A DNA stretch of 64,000 bases from Macrostomum lignano (taxonomy: Eukaryota). Shown here piece by piece: positions 12,747-64,000 of this stretch. The translations under genes and the position numbers were made by a program. The notes beneath the pieces were generated by a model that worked only from the letters and a program-made list of their open reading frames with translations, made no database searches and was not told where the DNA came from. Where the stretch lies: the NCBI GenBank assembly GCA_002269645.1, contig NIVC01002604.1:1-64000 (forward strand), written 5' to 3'. Numbering within the stretch: the stretch's first letter is position 1; every line of letters begins with the position of its first letter.

Positions 12747-13325
12747 CTCTGCGCCGTCTTGCAGTCTCTTTCCTCTCTCTCTCTGGCTCGCTCTAATTCA
12801 GTCTGCACTAGGATGTTAATGGGTCTCGGGGCTAAAACTATTCTCTCTCTCTCCGCACACTCTACTTTTACACTATAGGTTGCCGAGAGCTGGGAAACTT
12901 CTGCGAGTCCGAGCGCTCGGCGCGGCGGCGCCTTCGCTTCGTTCCGCCGACCGGCTAAATGCGATCGGGAAGGGGAGCGGCGAGGCAGAGGTTGGGATGA
13001 GGGGCGAGCCGGAGGGGATGGGGAGCAGACTTGGAGCAGCGGGGAAGAAAGACGAGCAAAGAGGAGGCGCTGAGCCTCTCAGGGGTGGGCTGTATTAGAG
13101 CAGGAATAATTCTTGAGCAGGCCAAAGGGACAGAGAAAGAGTGTTGAAGAGAGAAGGCGGAAATCGGCCCTAACTTTGCCATCCCATTATTTCCTATTAC
13201 GAGCCTAGTAGTTAAATAAGGTATTGGAAAGGTGCGTATTATTCTCTTCTTAAGAATGATTATTAGCTGGCGCTGAACTGCATTGTACATGCAGTATTGA
13301 ATATATTACTAATCCAGCACGTGTA

Positions 13326-13505
13326 GATTTCACAGAATTCACAGAAATCATAGAAATCACAGAATTCACGGAATCACAGAATTCACAGAATTCACAGAAT
13401 TCATATAATTCACAGAGTATATAGAGTTCACAGAATTCACAGAATTCACAGAATTCATAGAATCAACAAAAATTCACAGAACTCATAGATTTCACAGAAT
13501 TCACA
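13326..13505. repeat. 9-bp repeat (CACAGAATT)n
   Basis: Direct inspection. Confidence 0.85.
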
Positions 13506-14100
13506 CGCTTCAGACTCCCTAGTCATCCTTGCCTTCGTATTGTCATCACCTGTATGAATACTAAACAGGCAACTGTTCTCTGTTACAAAATTGAAAGATA
13601 AGTTAAGAACAGTTTGAATAAGTTGCGAGTCAAGCCAGCAGGTTAATTACCCTTCCCCCAAGTTCCAAAGTACAAAGCAACAGCAAGCCGCCCAGTCTCA
13701 GCGCTCCATGCCTTGACATCTCCTTCTCTAAGGCAGGCTGGCGCGGAGGACGTGATGTACACAAAGGAAAATAGGAAGCCGAAAAAATGAGGAAAAAGAG
13801 GGGCGGACAGACGTCTTCTTTGCGCTCAGGAGGACCGTGATGGACAACTGACTGCCGTCAGATGAGGCTGCCGGGTGGAGAGCGAAGGGGAGCCGCAGCT
13901 CACTCAGCTGTGTTTACAGAAGCTGAGCAAGCTGAGATGCGGCAGCAGGAAGCTGCACGGTGCATATCCGAGTAGTTGCTAGAGTGGAAAGGTAGCTCTC
14001 GAATTGGGGAAGAAATCTTATTTCGAGGTTGGGAATAAGTAGGCTGCGGGTGCACAAGATGGGAATGATGGAAACAGATAATAGACCGAATGGAGACTGT

Positions 14101-14502
14101 AGGGATGGGATCGGGATGGGATCGGGATGGGATCGGGATGGGATCGGGATGGGATCGGGATGGGATCGGGATGGGATCGGGATGGGATCGGGATGGGATC
14201 GGGATGGGATCGGGATGGGATCGGGATGGGATCGGGATGGGATCGGGATGGGATCGGGATGGGATCGGGATGGGATCGGGATGGGATCGGGATGGGATCG
14301 GGATGGGATCGGGATGGGATCGGGATGGGATCGGGATGGGATCGGGATGGGATCGGGATGGGATCGGGATGGGATCGGGATGGGATCGGGATGGGATCGG
14401 GATGGGATCGGGATGGGATCGGGATGGGATCGGGATGGGATCGGGATGGGATCAGGATGGGATCGGGATGGGATCGGGATGGGATCGGGATGGGATCGGG
14501 AT
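14101..14502. repeat. 11-bp repeat (GGGATCGGGAT)n
   Basis: Direct inspection; explains the GIGMGSGWDRD pseudo-ORFs. Confidence 0.95.
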
Positions 14503-15726
14503 GCTATCAGGCTAAGATCAGCATGGAGATTGGTATGGGATTGAGATGCCCTAGGCAGCAAAGGCAGTTGAAAGAGTCCTGGCTGAGTCTGTCCTTCATA
14601 GCAATCTTCAATCCTTTCCTTTACCCCCCCCCCCTGCTCCGTTAAGCAGACGTCACGGCGAGGTCCCAAAATAACAGGCTTAGAGGAAGTTTCGCCCTGT
14701 TGAGTTGCAGTACCCGAGGGGTCTCAAATTAAAAAACAGAAGCAGCAGGTACCAGTCAGAGAAGAAAGTGCTGCGCAGGGAGGCATGGGAACACTGAAAG
14801 GCAAAAGATGCCGAAGGCTAAATTAACCTGTCTTACAGTCCGCATGAGCGCTAGGGGGTAGCTGAGGATGCAGTTCTTACCTGCCTGCCCCCCCCCCTCT
14901 GTATGGAGATTCGTCGCCTTGATCTCCCGTATCTTCTGAATCCCTGTGCGCTGCGCTCCTCTCAGACCCTGATTGCCCTCCGATGCGGCTGCTCAATGGA
15001 TTCTTCCGTGTGACTTGCTAACGAGGGTGGGATATGCGGGATGGGAGATGGCCCATCCCATAGGGTTGGCTGGGTAGGCATCATCCTCTGGGGACTCAGG
15101 CATAGCTCTTCTTCTTCTGATCGGCTTGAATTATCTTGTAGCATTTCTTCTGATAGAAATTATTTATTATGAATTATGATTATTGCTGTCTCGGAGATGC
15201 CCGCATTGACGTCATAGCATGCAGCGAGTCGAGATGCTGGCAACGGATAGTCAGCCTCTGGGGAGGGATGGTGCATGGTTTCCATGGTTACAGTTCTTAT
15301 TGGAGAATTGCAATTGTCTTTTCAAGAGCCTGTACAATCTGCTCAAGAAGTGATATAGAAATGATTGTATTAGCATATATAAGCATATACATATGTATTA
15401 ATTATTAAACTAGAGAGTTGTCAAGCCGTGGAAAACAAAAGAGCCAATTCATGCTAAACTCGATCGAAGCGCCAAAACAAATTACAACTCGGTCCTCTGC
15501 TTCGTCGCGTGCATTTCTCGCGCGCAAATACTGCTACTGAGAGAAGTAGAATGAAGCGAGTTTGCTGCTGTGACCAGAGGGAGCGAGGCGGATAAGTTAC
15601 AAGGCAAGGCAACTAAAAGTTCTAAGCGTTAAAGCAAATTGAACTGGAAAATCCAATTTAAACCCTTGGGAGTCTGCGGTTTCTAACTGAGTGAGTTTGG
15701 AGACTCGCCAGCGTCCTCGCTGCTGC

Positions 15727-16362
15727 CTACTCTTCTCCCTGGTTGAAGTTCATGTCGTCATCGTTGTGCTGAAGATGCTGCTGCTGCTGCTGCTGCTCCT
15801 TGAGTCCGCGGTTCGCCACCCGAGACAGTTCCCGAGCTATTCTCAACAGGTTGGACTTCTCAAACAGGCAGTGCTTGCAGACCGCCGCCTGCTGCTGGCT
15901 GCGCTGCTGCTCCTGCTTCTGTCTGAGCTGCCGCTTGCCAGCGCCGCCGCACATGCACACCTCGCCGCCGACCACCACGGCTGGATCCAAGGCGAAGAGC
16001 CGGCCGGAGTCCTCGATCACCACCATTCGACGCCGCATCACGTGATCACCGGCTCGGGCGGCCTCGGGCACGGGCACGTCGCCCGGCTGCACCCTGCCGG
16101 GGTACTGGGCCGGGGCGGCCAGAGAGCTCGAGGCCAGATCGATGAAGGACTCGATGATGCTGACTAGGTGCTTTAACGATCTGCCAGGCGGCAGCTTCTT
16201 GCGCTCGTAGCCCCGTTTGACGTACTCGTACTTGGAGCGCAGGCGGTGCAGCAGGCCAACAAAGGTGTAAAAATTGTTGTCGTAGTCTTCGTGCAGCCGG
16301 AATTCTCCCGGCTGTTGACTCAACAAAACGGGCGGGCCGCCGCGCGTCTGCTCCGTTGCCAT
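15727..16362 (-). CDS. Intronless hypothetical protein (211 aa) with a putative SWIM-type zinc finger (CMC...CKH)
   Basis: Non-repetitive GC-rich ORF, gccATGg start context, TAG stop. Has a C-x-C-x23-C-x-H motif preceded by a beta-strand-like MVVIEDSGRLFALD segment. Confidence 0.7.
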   Translation of the reverse strand: MATEQTRGGPPVLLSQQPGEFRLHEDYDNNFYTFVGLLHRLRSKYEYVKRGYERKKLPPGRSLKHLVSIIESFIDLASSSLAAPAQYPGRVQPGDVPVPEAARAGDHVMRRRMVVIEDSGRLFALDPAVVVGGEVCMCGGAGKRQLRQKQEQQRSQQQAAVCKHCLFEKSNLLRIARELSRVANRGLKEQQQQQQHLQHNDDDMNFNQGEE

Positions 16363-16685
16363 GGCGATTCAGTTATAACTGATACAACTGACTAGCAGAT
16401 CAGATTTGGGATTTAAGATTTGAGAAGCTTTGAGAATTAGATGGACCCAAGAGCTTCAGCTGGCAGCTAGCTGGGTTAAAGATAATTTTAGCCGAGAAAT
16501 TTTTAAAATTAGTGAAACTTTTACCAATTCAATAACTCGATTAGTTTGTCTATGGCTGAAGCTCAGTGAATTCCTGTTTGTAGATTTTAGAACTTGAAAT
16601 TCACAGAAAAAGAAAGTAAAATTAGTTTATAATCAATTCGTGCGAGTGACATATGGGTGAAACATAGAGAAAGAGATTAAGGAAC

Positions 16686-17030
16686 ATCGAAGTGGAGATG
16701 AAGGGACGTCAAAAAGGAGATGAAGGGACGTCGAAAGTGGAGATGAAGGGCCGTCGAAAGTGGAGATGAAGGGACGTCGAAAGTGGAGATGAAGGGACGT
16801 CGAAAGTGGAGATGAAGGGACGTCGAAAGTGGAGATGAAGGGACGTCGAAAGTGGAGATGAAGGGACGTCGAAAGTGGAGATGAAGGGACGTCGAATGTG
16901 GAGATGAAGGGACGTCGAAAGTGGAGATGAAGGGACGTCGAAAGTGGAGATGAAGGGACGTCGAAAGTGGAGATGAAGGGATGTCGAAAGGAAGATGAAG
17001 GGACGTCGAAAGTGGAGATAAAGGAACGTC
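16686..17030. repeat. 23-bp minisatellite (GAAGGGACGTCGAAAGTGGAGAT)n
   Basis: Direct inspection. Confidence 0.93.
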
Positions 17031-17745
17031 ATAGAAAGGAGATTATACATGTAAGTATGTCATGGACAACAAAAAGGCCTGACATAATTTTTGCCTACAC
17101 AGGAGCCAACTAATAAAAACTGATCTCATAGGGTCTTAGACATGACAAAGTGCAAGCTATCACATATAGACATCTATATGAGCCTGTCAAAACACTCGCA
17201 ATCAAATTAATGCAACAGATTAGAAAGTGGATTAGGGTATGTGAAATCCGCCTACGCTAACAAGATCACGAGTGATGCAAAATTGAATTTTACGCTTTTT
17301 TACAAATTTATTCGACAGAAACTGACTCTCCGCTCTCCATGCACTGAACTGGTGTGTAGCAGCCTGTACTCTCAGCCAGCCTCCCTACCGCTCACTGGCT
17401 ATCGACATTTTACTGAGTTTGGGAGGCAGCAGTACTCACAACAGCCACTAACACCCACCCCACACCCCAAACACGCCAACTCTCTTCTTGGCCCTCCTGC
17501 ACTATCGCCATTCCATTCCTCCTCTCTGCACGAAGGCGATCAGCTCAGCTCAGTCAGGCACACTTTTTAACTCTGCCTAAAATTCTGCATCCGCGCGCCT
17601 CTCCCGTTAATCCCCTTCCCGCTTCCCTCATCTCTCTCTCTCTCCCCCGCTCTGTCTGTCTCGTGCTCACCATCCAATCCCTCCAGCCTGCGTCATCAAC
17701 GGCGAGCGGCTTTGCTCGTAGGATTTCATAGAAAAAAGCGAAGGG

Positions 17746-17749
<4 letters not shown>

Positions 17750-17805
<56 letters not shown>
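17750..17805. repeat. (GA)n microsatellite upstream of the CDK5 activator ATG
   Basis: Direct inspection. Confidence 0.9.
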
Positions 17806-17810
<5 letters not shown>

Positions 17811-17928
17811 CGGCGAGTTCCCAAACTCATCTGCATTGGTATATTCATGAGTTCAGACGGGAGCTGAACTTTACTGCCCCAGCGGTAGCCGAAATTTTTT
17901 TGCAGCACAGCCTCCTATCTGCCGCATC

Positions 17929-18203
17929 ATGGGCGCAGTGTTGTCCTCTCCGCGAGGAGATGGAGGCGCCGGCGGCGTTGGCGGCCTCTACAACCAGCTA
18001 CGACCGTCAAAGTCCACCTTCAGCCTCAAGGACAGAGACGGCGGCGGCAGGGCGATTGCCGACTTCTTCCGCAACGGCCTGCCCAGCTCCGTGAGCTTCC
18101 GCAACTTCGGCATCGGCCGCTCCTCGTCGTCTCGGCGGGGCAGCTGTGGAGTCGCTGGATCTGACAGCAGCGGTCAACAGCTGGTGCCGCCGGCGGCTGT
18201 CAG
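17929..18203 (+). CDS. CDK5R1: CDK5 activator (p35/p39-like), exon 1
   Basis: Begins MGAVLSSP, matching the p35 N-myristoylation start MGTVLSLSP. Best phase-compatible donor is AG|GCAAGC at 18203/18204 (GC-AG); the boundary is less certain than the identity. Confidence 0.75.
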
Positions 18204-18282
18204 GCAAGCCATGAGTTTGACTGTCAGACTATTTATGTGATGACATGTGCAGAAATCTCCCTACTTTATCTCTTCAGCCCTC

Positions 18283-18532
18283 ACATGACATTTCAAAACC
18301 ACACATGACATTTCAATACCACACATGACACTCCAATACCACACATGACACTCCAATACCACACATGACACTCCAATACCACACATGACACTCCAATACC
18401 ACACATGACACTCCAATACCACACATGACACTCCAATACCACACACGACACTCCAATACCACACATGACACTCCAATACCACAAATGACACTCCAATACC
18501 ACACATGACACTCCAATACCACACATGACACC
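18283..18532. repeat. 20-bp minisatellite (CCACACATGACACTCCAATA)n in CDK5 activator intron
   Basis: Direct inspection. Confidence 0.93.
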
Positions 18533-18550
18533 ACCCTCGCCATCCTGCAG

Positions 18551-19259
18551 CCAATCGAACTCATGCAAGCCGTCGCAGCAGGCGCAGCTGAAGTCAAGCG
18601 ATCGCCTCAACAACAACAGCCAGCTGTCGGGGGCCGCCACTCAACCGGCCGCCGCGGACTCGTTGAAGAAGTCGACCTCCTGCTACGCCCTGAAGCCGCC
18701 GGGTTCCCTCAACCGGCGTCCCGGCTCCGCCAGCCTCTGCCAGAACCTTCGGCCGTCTCACAGTGTCGCCGCCGACGAACACAACGACGCCAACAATCGG
18801 CGCCTGGTTGTCCAGGCCAGCACGGCCGAGCTGCTGAAGTGCACGTGCACTTTTCTTCACCGACGCTGCCCGGATGCGGCGCCCGACCCGTCGGCGGCTG
18901 CCGCCTGGATCCGTTCGGTTGACCGCTGCCTGATCCTGCAGGGCTGGGCGGACACCGCATTCGTCAACCCGCCGAATCTCGTATTCCTGTTCATGCTGCT
19001 GAAAACCACGGTTGGCGAGCGCTTGGCAACGGAGCGCCAGCTGCAGACGGCGGTGTTCGCCTGCCTGTACGTGGCCTACTCCTATATGGGCAACGAGATC
19101 AGCTACCCGCTCAAACCCTTCCTGCTTGAGGACGATCGGGCCGCCTTCTGGGACCGCTGCCTCGGCGTGGTCGGCAACTGCAGCCGGGACACGCTGCGTC
19201 TGAACTCCGACCCCGCCTTCTTCATCGACCTGTTCACCGAGCTCAAGTCCTACGCCTGA
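18551..19259 (+). CDS. CDK5R1: CDK5 activator (p35/p39-like), exon 2 with the cyclin-like activation domain
   Basis: Acceptor catcctgcAG at 18550. SLKKSTSC, VVQASTAELLKC, WIRSVDRCLILQGW, CLYVAYSYMGNEISYPLKPFL and FWDRCL are p35-family hallmarks; TGA at 19257-19259. Confidence 0.95.
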
Positions 19260-19293
19260 CATTGGCGACGCTGGAATTGGAATTCTGGACTCT

Positions 19294-20192
19294 TCCATAA
19301 CTGACTCGAATTCTCCCATAACTAACTCGAATTCTCCCATAGCTAACTTGAATTCTCCCATAACTGACTCGAATTCTCCCATAACTAACTCGAATTCTCC
19401 CATAGCTAACTTGAATTCTCCCATAACTGACTCGAATTCTCCCATAACTAACTCGAATTCTCCCCATAAGTGACTCGAATTCTCCCCATAACTGACTCGA
19501 ATTCTCCCATAACTAACTCGAATTCTCCCCATAACTGACTCGAATTCTCCCATAACTAACTCGAATTCTCCCCATAACTAACTCGAATTCTCCCCATAAC
19601 TGACTCGAATTCTCCCATAACTAACTCGAATTCTCCCATAACTAACTCGAATTCTCCCCATAACTGACTCGAATTCTCCCATAACTAACTCGAATTCTCC
19701 CATAACTAACTCGAATTCTCCCCATAACTGACTCGAATTCTCCCATAACTAACTCGAATTCTCCCATAACTAACTCGAATTCTCCCCATAACTGACTCGA
19801 ATTCTCCCATAACTAACTCGAATTCTCCCCATAACTAACTCGAATTCTCCCCATAAGTGACTCGAATTCTGCAAAAACTAACTCGAATTTTCCCCATAAG
19901 TGACTCGAATTCTCCCATAACTAACTCGAATTCAGCAAAAACTAACTCGAATTCTCCCCATAAGTGACTCGAATTCTCCCCATAACTGACTCGAATTCTC
20001 CCATAACTGACTCCAATTCTCCCATAACTGACTCGAATTCTCCCATAACTGACTCCAATTCTCTCACAACTAACTCGAATTCTCCCATAACTGACTCGAA
20101 TTCTCCCACAACTGACTCGAATTCTCCCATAACTGACTCGAATTTCCCATAACTAACTCGAATTATCCCATAACTGACTCGAATTTCCCATA
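19294..20192. repeat. 21/22-bp minisatellite (CCATAACTGACTCGAATTCTC[C])n
   Basis: Direct inspection; starts about 35 nt after the CDK5R stop. Confidence 0.95.
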
Positions 20193-20737
20193 AGTATTGT
20201 TCATCTTCAAAAACAGTTTTTCATACGCTGTGTAAATCAAACTGCTTATTGATATCATCTGTAGACTTTGCGCTCCTCATTCAATTATTTGTGCACAGCT
20301 GTTTAAACACGATATATTCAATCGATAATAAATTAGCAAGAAACGCCATTTTAAAGTACATCGACTTCAGCGCGTCGAATGGGCCCGGATTAGCAATCAT
20401 CCGAGAGTCACGCGATGCTAATTTTAGAGATACGAGATAATTACCCAGTCTGGCGGAAGAGAAAGTTCGGCTCTATTTTAAAATTCCAGATCAATTCGGC
20501 TGGCTGGAACGTGAGGGATTAAAAAGAAAGGAAAATATAGATAATGATGACTGGGAAAGATGAAAATGGGCTGAGATGGTTCAAGCCTGTAATTTCATCC
20601 TGCGCTAAAAATATTTCCCTAACAGATTAGTAGGAGAATAGATTTCTGTGAAACATATATTCTTGGCAAGTAGTTGCTTAGCCTCTTGCTGTCGCACAAC
20701 CTCTAAAGCTCTTTCATCACCTTCAAGATGTGTCGCA

Positions 20738-21600
20738 CCTAGATCTGTCACACTCTAGATCTGTCACACCCTAGATCTGTCACACCCTAGATCTGTCACA
20801 CCCTAGATCTGTCACACCCTAGATCTGTCACACCCTATATCTGTCACACTCTAGATATGTCACACCCTAGATCTGTCACACCCTAGATCTGTCACACCCT
20901 ATATCTGTCACACTCTAGATATGTCACACCCTAGATCTGTCACACCATAGATATATCACACTCTAGATCTGTCACACCATAGATATGTCACATCCTAGAT
21001 GTGTCTCCCCTAGATGTGTCACCCCTAGATCTGTCACCCCTAGATCTGTCACCCCTAGATCTGTCACCCCTAGATCTGTCACACCCTAGGTATGTCACAC
21101 CTTAGATGTGTCACGCCCTAGATCTGTCACACCCTAGATCTGTCACACATTAGATCTGTCACACCCTAGGTATGTCACACCTTAGATGTGTCACGCCCTA
21201 GATCTGTCACACCCTAGATCTGTTACACTCTAGATCTGTCACACCCTAGATCTGTCACACCTTAGATCTGTCACACCCTAGATCTGTTACACTCTAGATC
21301 TGTCACACTCTAGATCTGTCACACTCTAGATCTGTCACACCCTAGATATGTCACACCATGGATCTGTCACACCCTAGGTATGTCACACCTTAGATGTGTC
21401 ACGCCCTAGATGTGTCACACCCTAGATGTGTCACACCCTAGATATGTCACACCATGGATGTGTCACACCATAGGTATGTCACGCCCTAGATGTGTCACAC
21501 CCTAGATGTGTCACACCCTAGAACTGTCAGACCTACACTAAATCTGTCACTCTTGATCTGTCATGCTCTATTGGATGTGTCACTCTCTAGATCTGTCACT
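20738..21600. repeat. 16-bp minisatellite (CTAGATCTGTCACACC)n
   Basis: Direct inspection. Confidence 0.93.
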
Positions 21601-22119
21601 CTGGTTCTATCACGCCCGAGTTTCTTACCTGACTTTTCTTAAAATAAATGGGCACACTAATTGAAGAGAAATTTAAGATAAAAAAATCAATGATAAAATT
21701 AATTTTCCAGCACTTAAAAGCGCCAATAGAAAATTTAAACTGAAATTTAATATTTTCGAGGCTTACAATCAATAAAAATCGAAATTATATATTTATTGCA
21801 TAGAAAAAGTTTAACATATTACTGGAGTAAAGTTAGTAGAACATTATTGCACACACTGCAGCAGTGTCTAAAGTGTTGCTATAAACGTATTTGGCAGTTA
21901 AACAGTAGTTATTAGTGCTGATCAATAGGGCAATGAGTGTTGAAAAGTGTGTAGTCTACACGTACTATTTGCGTGCCGAACGGTAACGGTGCTTATCCAC
22001 ATAAAAAGTTTAATCAACGGCTATTGACTATCAAGGCTTGTTAAAATTAAACATATTTTTCTAGCAAATGAGATATTGCTCTAGAAATAGCTAACTAACG
22101 GATTCTTAGACTTTCTCAT

Positions 22120-22312
22120 ATCTCCAGACACTCTCTGAGATCTACAGACACTCTCTTAGACCTATAGAGACACTCTCTGAGATCTACAGACACTCTCTGA
22201 GATCTACAGACACTCTCTGAGATCTACAAACACTCTCTGATATCTACAAACACTCTCTGAGATCTACAGACACTTTCTGATATCTAAAGATGCTCTCAGA
22301 GATCTACAGATA
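22120..22312. repeat. 20-bp repeat (CACTCTCTGAGATCTACAGA)n
   Basis: Direct inspection. Confidence 0.85.
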
Positions 22313-22487
22313 CTACAGTCGATCTCGGACACAATGACAATTCTAAGAGTATAAAAATCGGGCCCTTAAAAAACGGAGAGCTGACTTCAAAATTTTAGTG
22401 AGAAACGAACGCCCAAAAAGAGCTTTAATAAAGTCTACTAAGGCTTAGTGAGACACAAAATCGGGACATGCCGGCGCAAGAAGTCCC

Positions 22488-61058
<38,571 letters not shown>

Positions 61059-62428
61059 GAGGGACGAGGGGGGTTGGAGAGGAACCGAGGGAGCGTCGCC
61101 CTCTCGTCTAACTTCTCCAATTGCTATATGAGTATTTAAGATAACAGAGCGAGCCTTTGAGCGTCTGTTTGATGCATCGAATGGTAAAATATCTCAGTTA
61201 AAGCAGGGCTGAAGCGGATCAACTTATGCATATAAGTGAAAGGGAAAATGGCCAGCTAACTTGAGGTGGCTGCCCTCCTGAGCCCTGGCATAGGCTGTCC
61301 AGCCATTCAGATAAATGTCCATTCCTCTCTCAGCCTGTAGATTGCGCGCCTGCACCCACCCCACCGATCTGTGCGGCAAAGCGCAAGGCATGGCATTGCA
61401 CACAGCCTTGGGGGCGCGCTTTATTGGAACAAAAACACAGACACAAAATCTGTTGCTTTTTTCGTCTCTGTCCATCTTTTCTGTTGTCTCTCTTCTTTCG
61501 CAAAAGAAGACGAAGAAGAAACCTATTAGTCTGGTCTGGGGGAAAAAGTGACGCTTAATTACGATTAAGCGCTTTAGCTAGAGGGCTGCATTAGGGCGGT
61601 GGTGATGAATGCGGTTAAATGGCATCATTTTGCCTGCGATATTTCTTATGCAAATGCGATCTCCACATCTTGCTGTGCAGTATTTTTTAGTCTAAATATT
61701 CTTGAAATGTTTACACGCTTTTAGACTAAGATGTGACTTTTGGGCGAACTACAAGTTTTTGTTTGTTCAAATTTGCACAGCAGATCTCAATCTGTAGCTA
61801 CGAGCTTGGCTTGCCGTTGAATCAGCAGTCACCTTATGCGTCACACCTTTGCTATGACGCAAAGATTCAGTACTATATAGCTGGTCGAATCCATGCAGAC
61901 TTCGATTGGAAACTTGCGATAAGGCGCTCTTCCTGTACAAGATTTCTCCTGTACATGTGTACATGCACGCGGTCTCCTAGTCTACACAGAAGCATGCAAA
62001 CTGTCCTGCTGGGTTAAATGCAGTTTAAAGCGTAGATTATACAGCATGCTTGTTGCTGTGTTCAAAGCAGAAACACTGCATAATGTGAATCTATTTGCTG
62101 AACTATCTTAATGGCCAAATATGAACTGTCGGTGGGGGCTTATCTTTATATCGTCCAATACAAGTTTGTTTTACTTTTTTCTCATACATATAATTGGAAC
62201 TGGCCCCCTTTTGCAATTTTATTGACTGCATAGTTTGTTTACTAGTTAGTTTATTACCTGCAGGTTAGTAGAGTTATGCCCAAGCAGCTGCTATTTAATA
62301 AATTAGGATATAGAATATTAAAACTACTGGCTACAATTATTGATTTCTCTGTCTGCAATCTATACATTAATGTACATGCATGGTTCGACGATCCACTCAG
62401 CAAAATTGAAAATCGTCATAATCATTAA

Positions 62429-62774
62429 CAGGGACGTCGCCAACGCCCCTCGTCGCCAACGGGGGGGGGGCAAGGGGGGACATGTCCCCCTCCTAGTAAA
62501 ATATCTGGCGGGGACATGCCAATGCTTTGTCCCTTCTACCCCACCTTGTGACCCGTTATGGAAATCAATAATTTTTCTGCAGGGCGACAAAATGTAGTGC
62601 AACAATGGGTGCCTAGGACGCCAAAATGAGTGCCTGCGGCGCCAAAATGAGTGCCTGCGGCGCCAAACTGAGTGCGGACAACACCGATTCTGAAAAAATG
62701 TACATGTAGGAATTTAGTCAACATGTACATGTATAATTGTTGGCTTTGTCCCCCACAACATGGCGACGCCCCTG
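62429..62774. mobile_element. Intact hAT-type MITE (346 bp) with 14-bp TIRs and 8-bp TSD
   Basis: Left TIR CAGGGACGTCGCCA; right TIR TGGCGACGCCCCTG (13/14 match). Perfect direct repeat ATCATTAA at 62421-62428 and 62775-62782. An 8-bp TSD with a CAG start is typical of hAT. Confidence 0.85.
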
Positions 62775-64000
62775 ATCATTAAAATAAATTTAGAAACCTC
62801 ATAGATGCTCCAAAAAACTGCAGTCACGTGACCGTATACTTTTTATTTGTTTGTACATATACAACGTCTGGCTGTCTGGCTGACCTCACAATATATGAGG
62901 GAATTTTATGGTTTTGAAATTATCTCAGCAATATTTATAACTCGACGACGTAATTAGCATACAGCTGGGCCCGAAATCCCGCCTGGAATTGAATTTTAGA
63001 TTTCACCAACTGAGAAAAAGCTAACTCTCTGCCCTCTCAATCAATCTCTATACATGTGGCACGAAGATTTTCTTGATATTTTATAATTCATAGAGCTAGC
63101 TATCATGTACCACATGTAGTATGTGCAAAATACAACTGTTGCTTTAAACAATAATATTTCCCGAGGGCTCTTTAGTAAAACCGTCATCGTCAAGACTAGC
63201 GGAGAGGAAGAAATCATCACTAAAGTTATTCCCGGCTCCCGGCTTCCCACCCTCGTTCAACAACAACAAATTTAAAAATTGCTGGAAGTTTGTACATAAG
63301 TCGACACAATAAAGATAGCATTAACACATGATAGTTCTTTGAATCGTCCCTTTTCGTATCATGAACATCAAAAACTGAGAATTGGAAAAGTCCCAAATGC
63401 GCTCTATTATTTCACATAGCTATATGTACAAAAAATATATCAATCTCCAACCTACATAGGAAAAATTGCTTACGGGATTTTTTACGATTTTAAACAGATT
63501 ATTGTTCATTTACGAGGGTGCCGCTTTATCAATATTTCCAAGTTATGAGATATCATTGAATTAGAGTAATCTTTGCAAAAACATTTTAATTTCATTGACC
63601 AATTAAAATATCTAATACAAATATATATATAATTATCGAGGTTGAAAAAATTCTTAGATTATCCTAACACCGGGAAATTTTACTTAGTGTAGTCAAACAA
63701 TTTTTTCTTTAAATGACTGTAAAAAAGAAATAGAAAGTTTTCAGTAAAACACATACTGAAGTGTTATTTTTAATAAACTATAATTTTAAATATTTTTTTA
63801 GTTTTTTACATTTAAAAATGTTTATACTATTTACTTTTAACAGTGGAATTCTTTTTTTTTGCATTCACATACAATTTCCATCTTGAACACAAGGCTCAGA
63901 CCCTAGTTTCTAGTAATCGGCTAATCGTCATTCTACAGTTTCAGTCACCGAAATGTTTGTTTACTTGAGTAAAAAGGTAAAAATATCTACAGAAATTGCT

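Noticed and set aside
14875-15144. Minus-strand exon or ORF ending at a CAG|GTAAGA donor
   Set aside because: No frame stays open between plausible splice sites and there is no recognisable homology.

Overview
Eukaryotic (metazoan) genomic DNA: GC-rich exons separated by introns and spacers full of mini- and microsatellites. The style resembles the flatworm Macrostomum, but that is an inference and is not proven from sequence. I rebuilt four genes by hand from splice sites and reading phase. (1) A PP2A B56/PPP2R5 regulatory subunit (-, 2 exons, 12746-8821, ~587 aa). (2) An intronless 211-aa ORF with a SWIM-like CxC..CxH motif (-, 16362-15727). (3) A CDK5 activator p35/p39-like gene (+, 17929-19259, ~327 aa) that probably has a GC-AG intron. 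(4) A complete beta-heavy spectrin (SPTBN5/karst/sma-1 type; -, 61058-22488, 30 exons, ~4260 aa; CH-CH, spectrin repeats, internal SH3, C-terminal PH). There is also a possible orphan exon at 199-414, a tRNA-derived SINE with a TSD and an intact hAT-type MITE with an 8-bp TSD. Most long ORFs in the track are tandem-repeat artefacts. The most unusual signal is that about 25 of 29 spectrin introns each carry their own tandem array, and several arrays are built from splice-signal-containing units. One is a 24-bp duplication of an exon/intron junction that makes a fully in-frame, stop-free intron. Another is a 24-bp unit that reads donor-branchpoint-acceptor (GTGAG..CTAAT..CAG). Repeat coordinates are approximate, and splice models need RNA confirmation.
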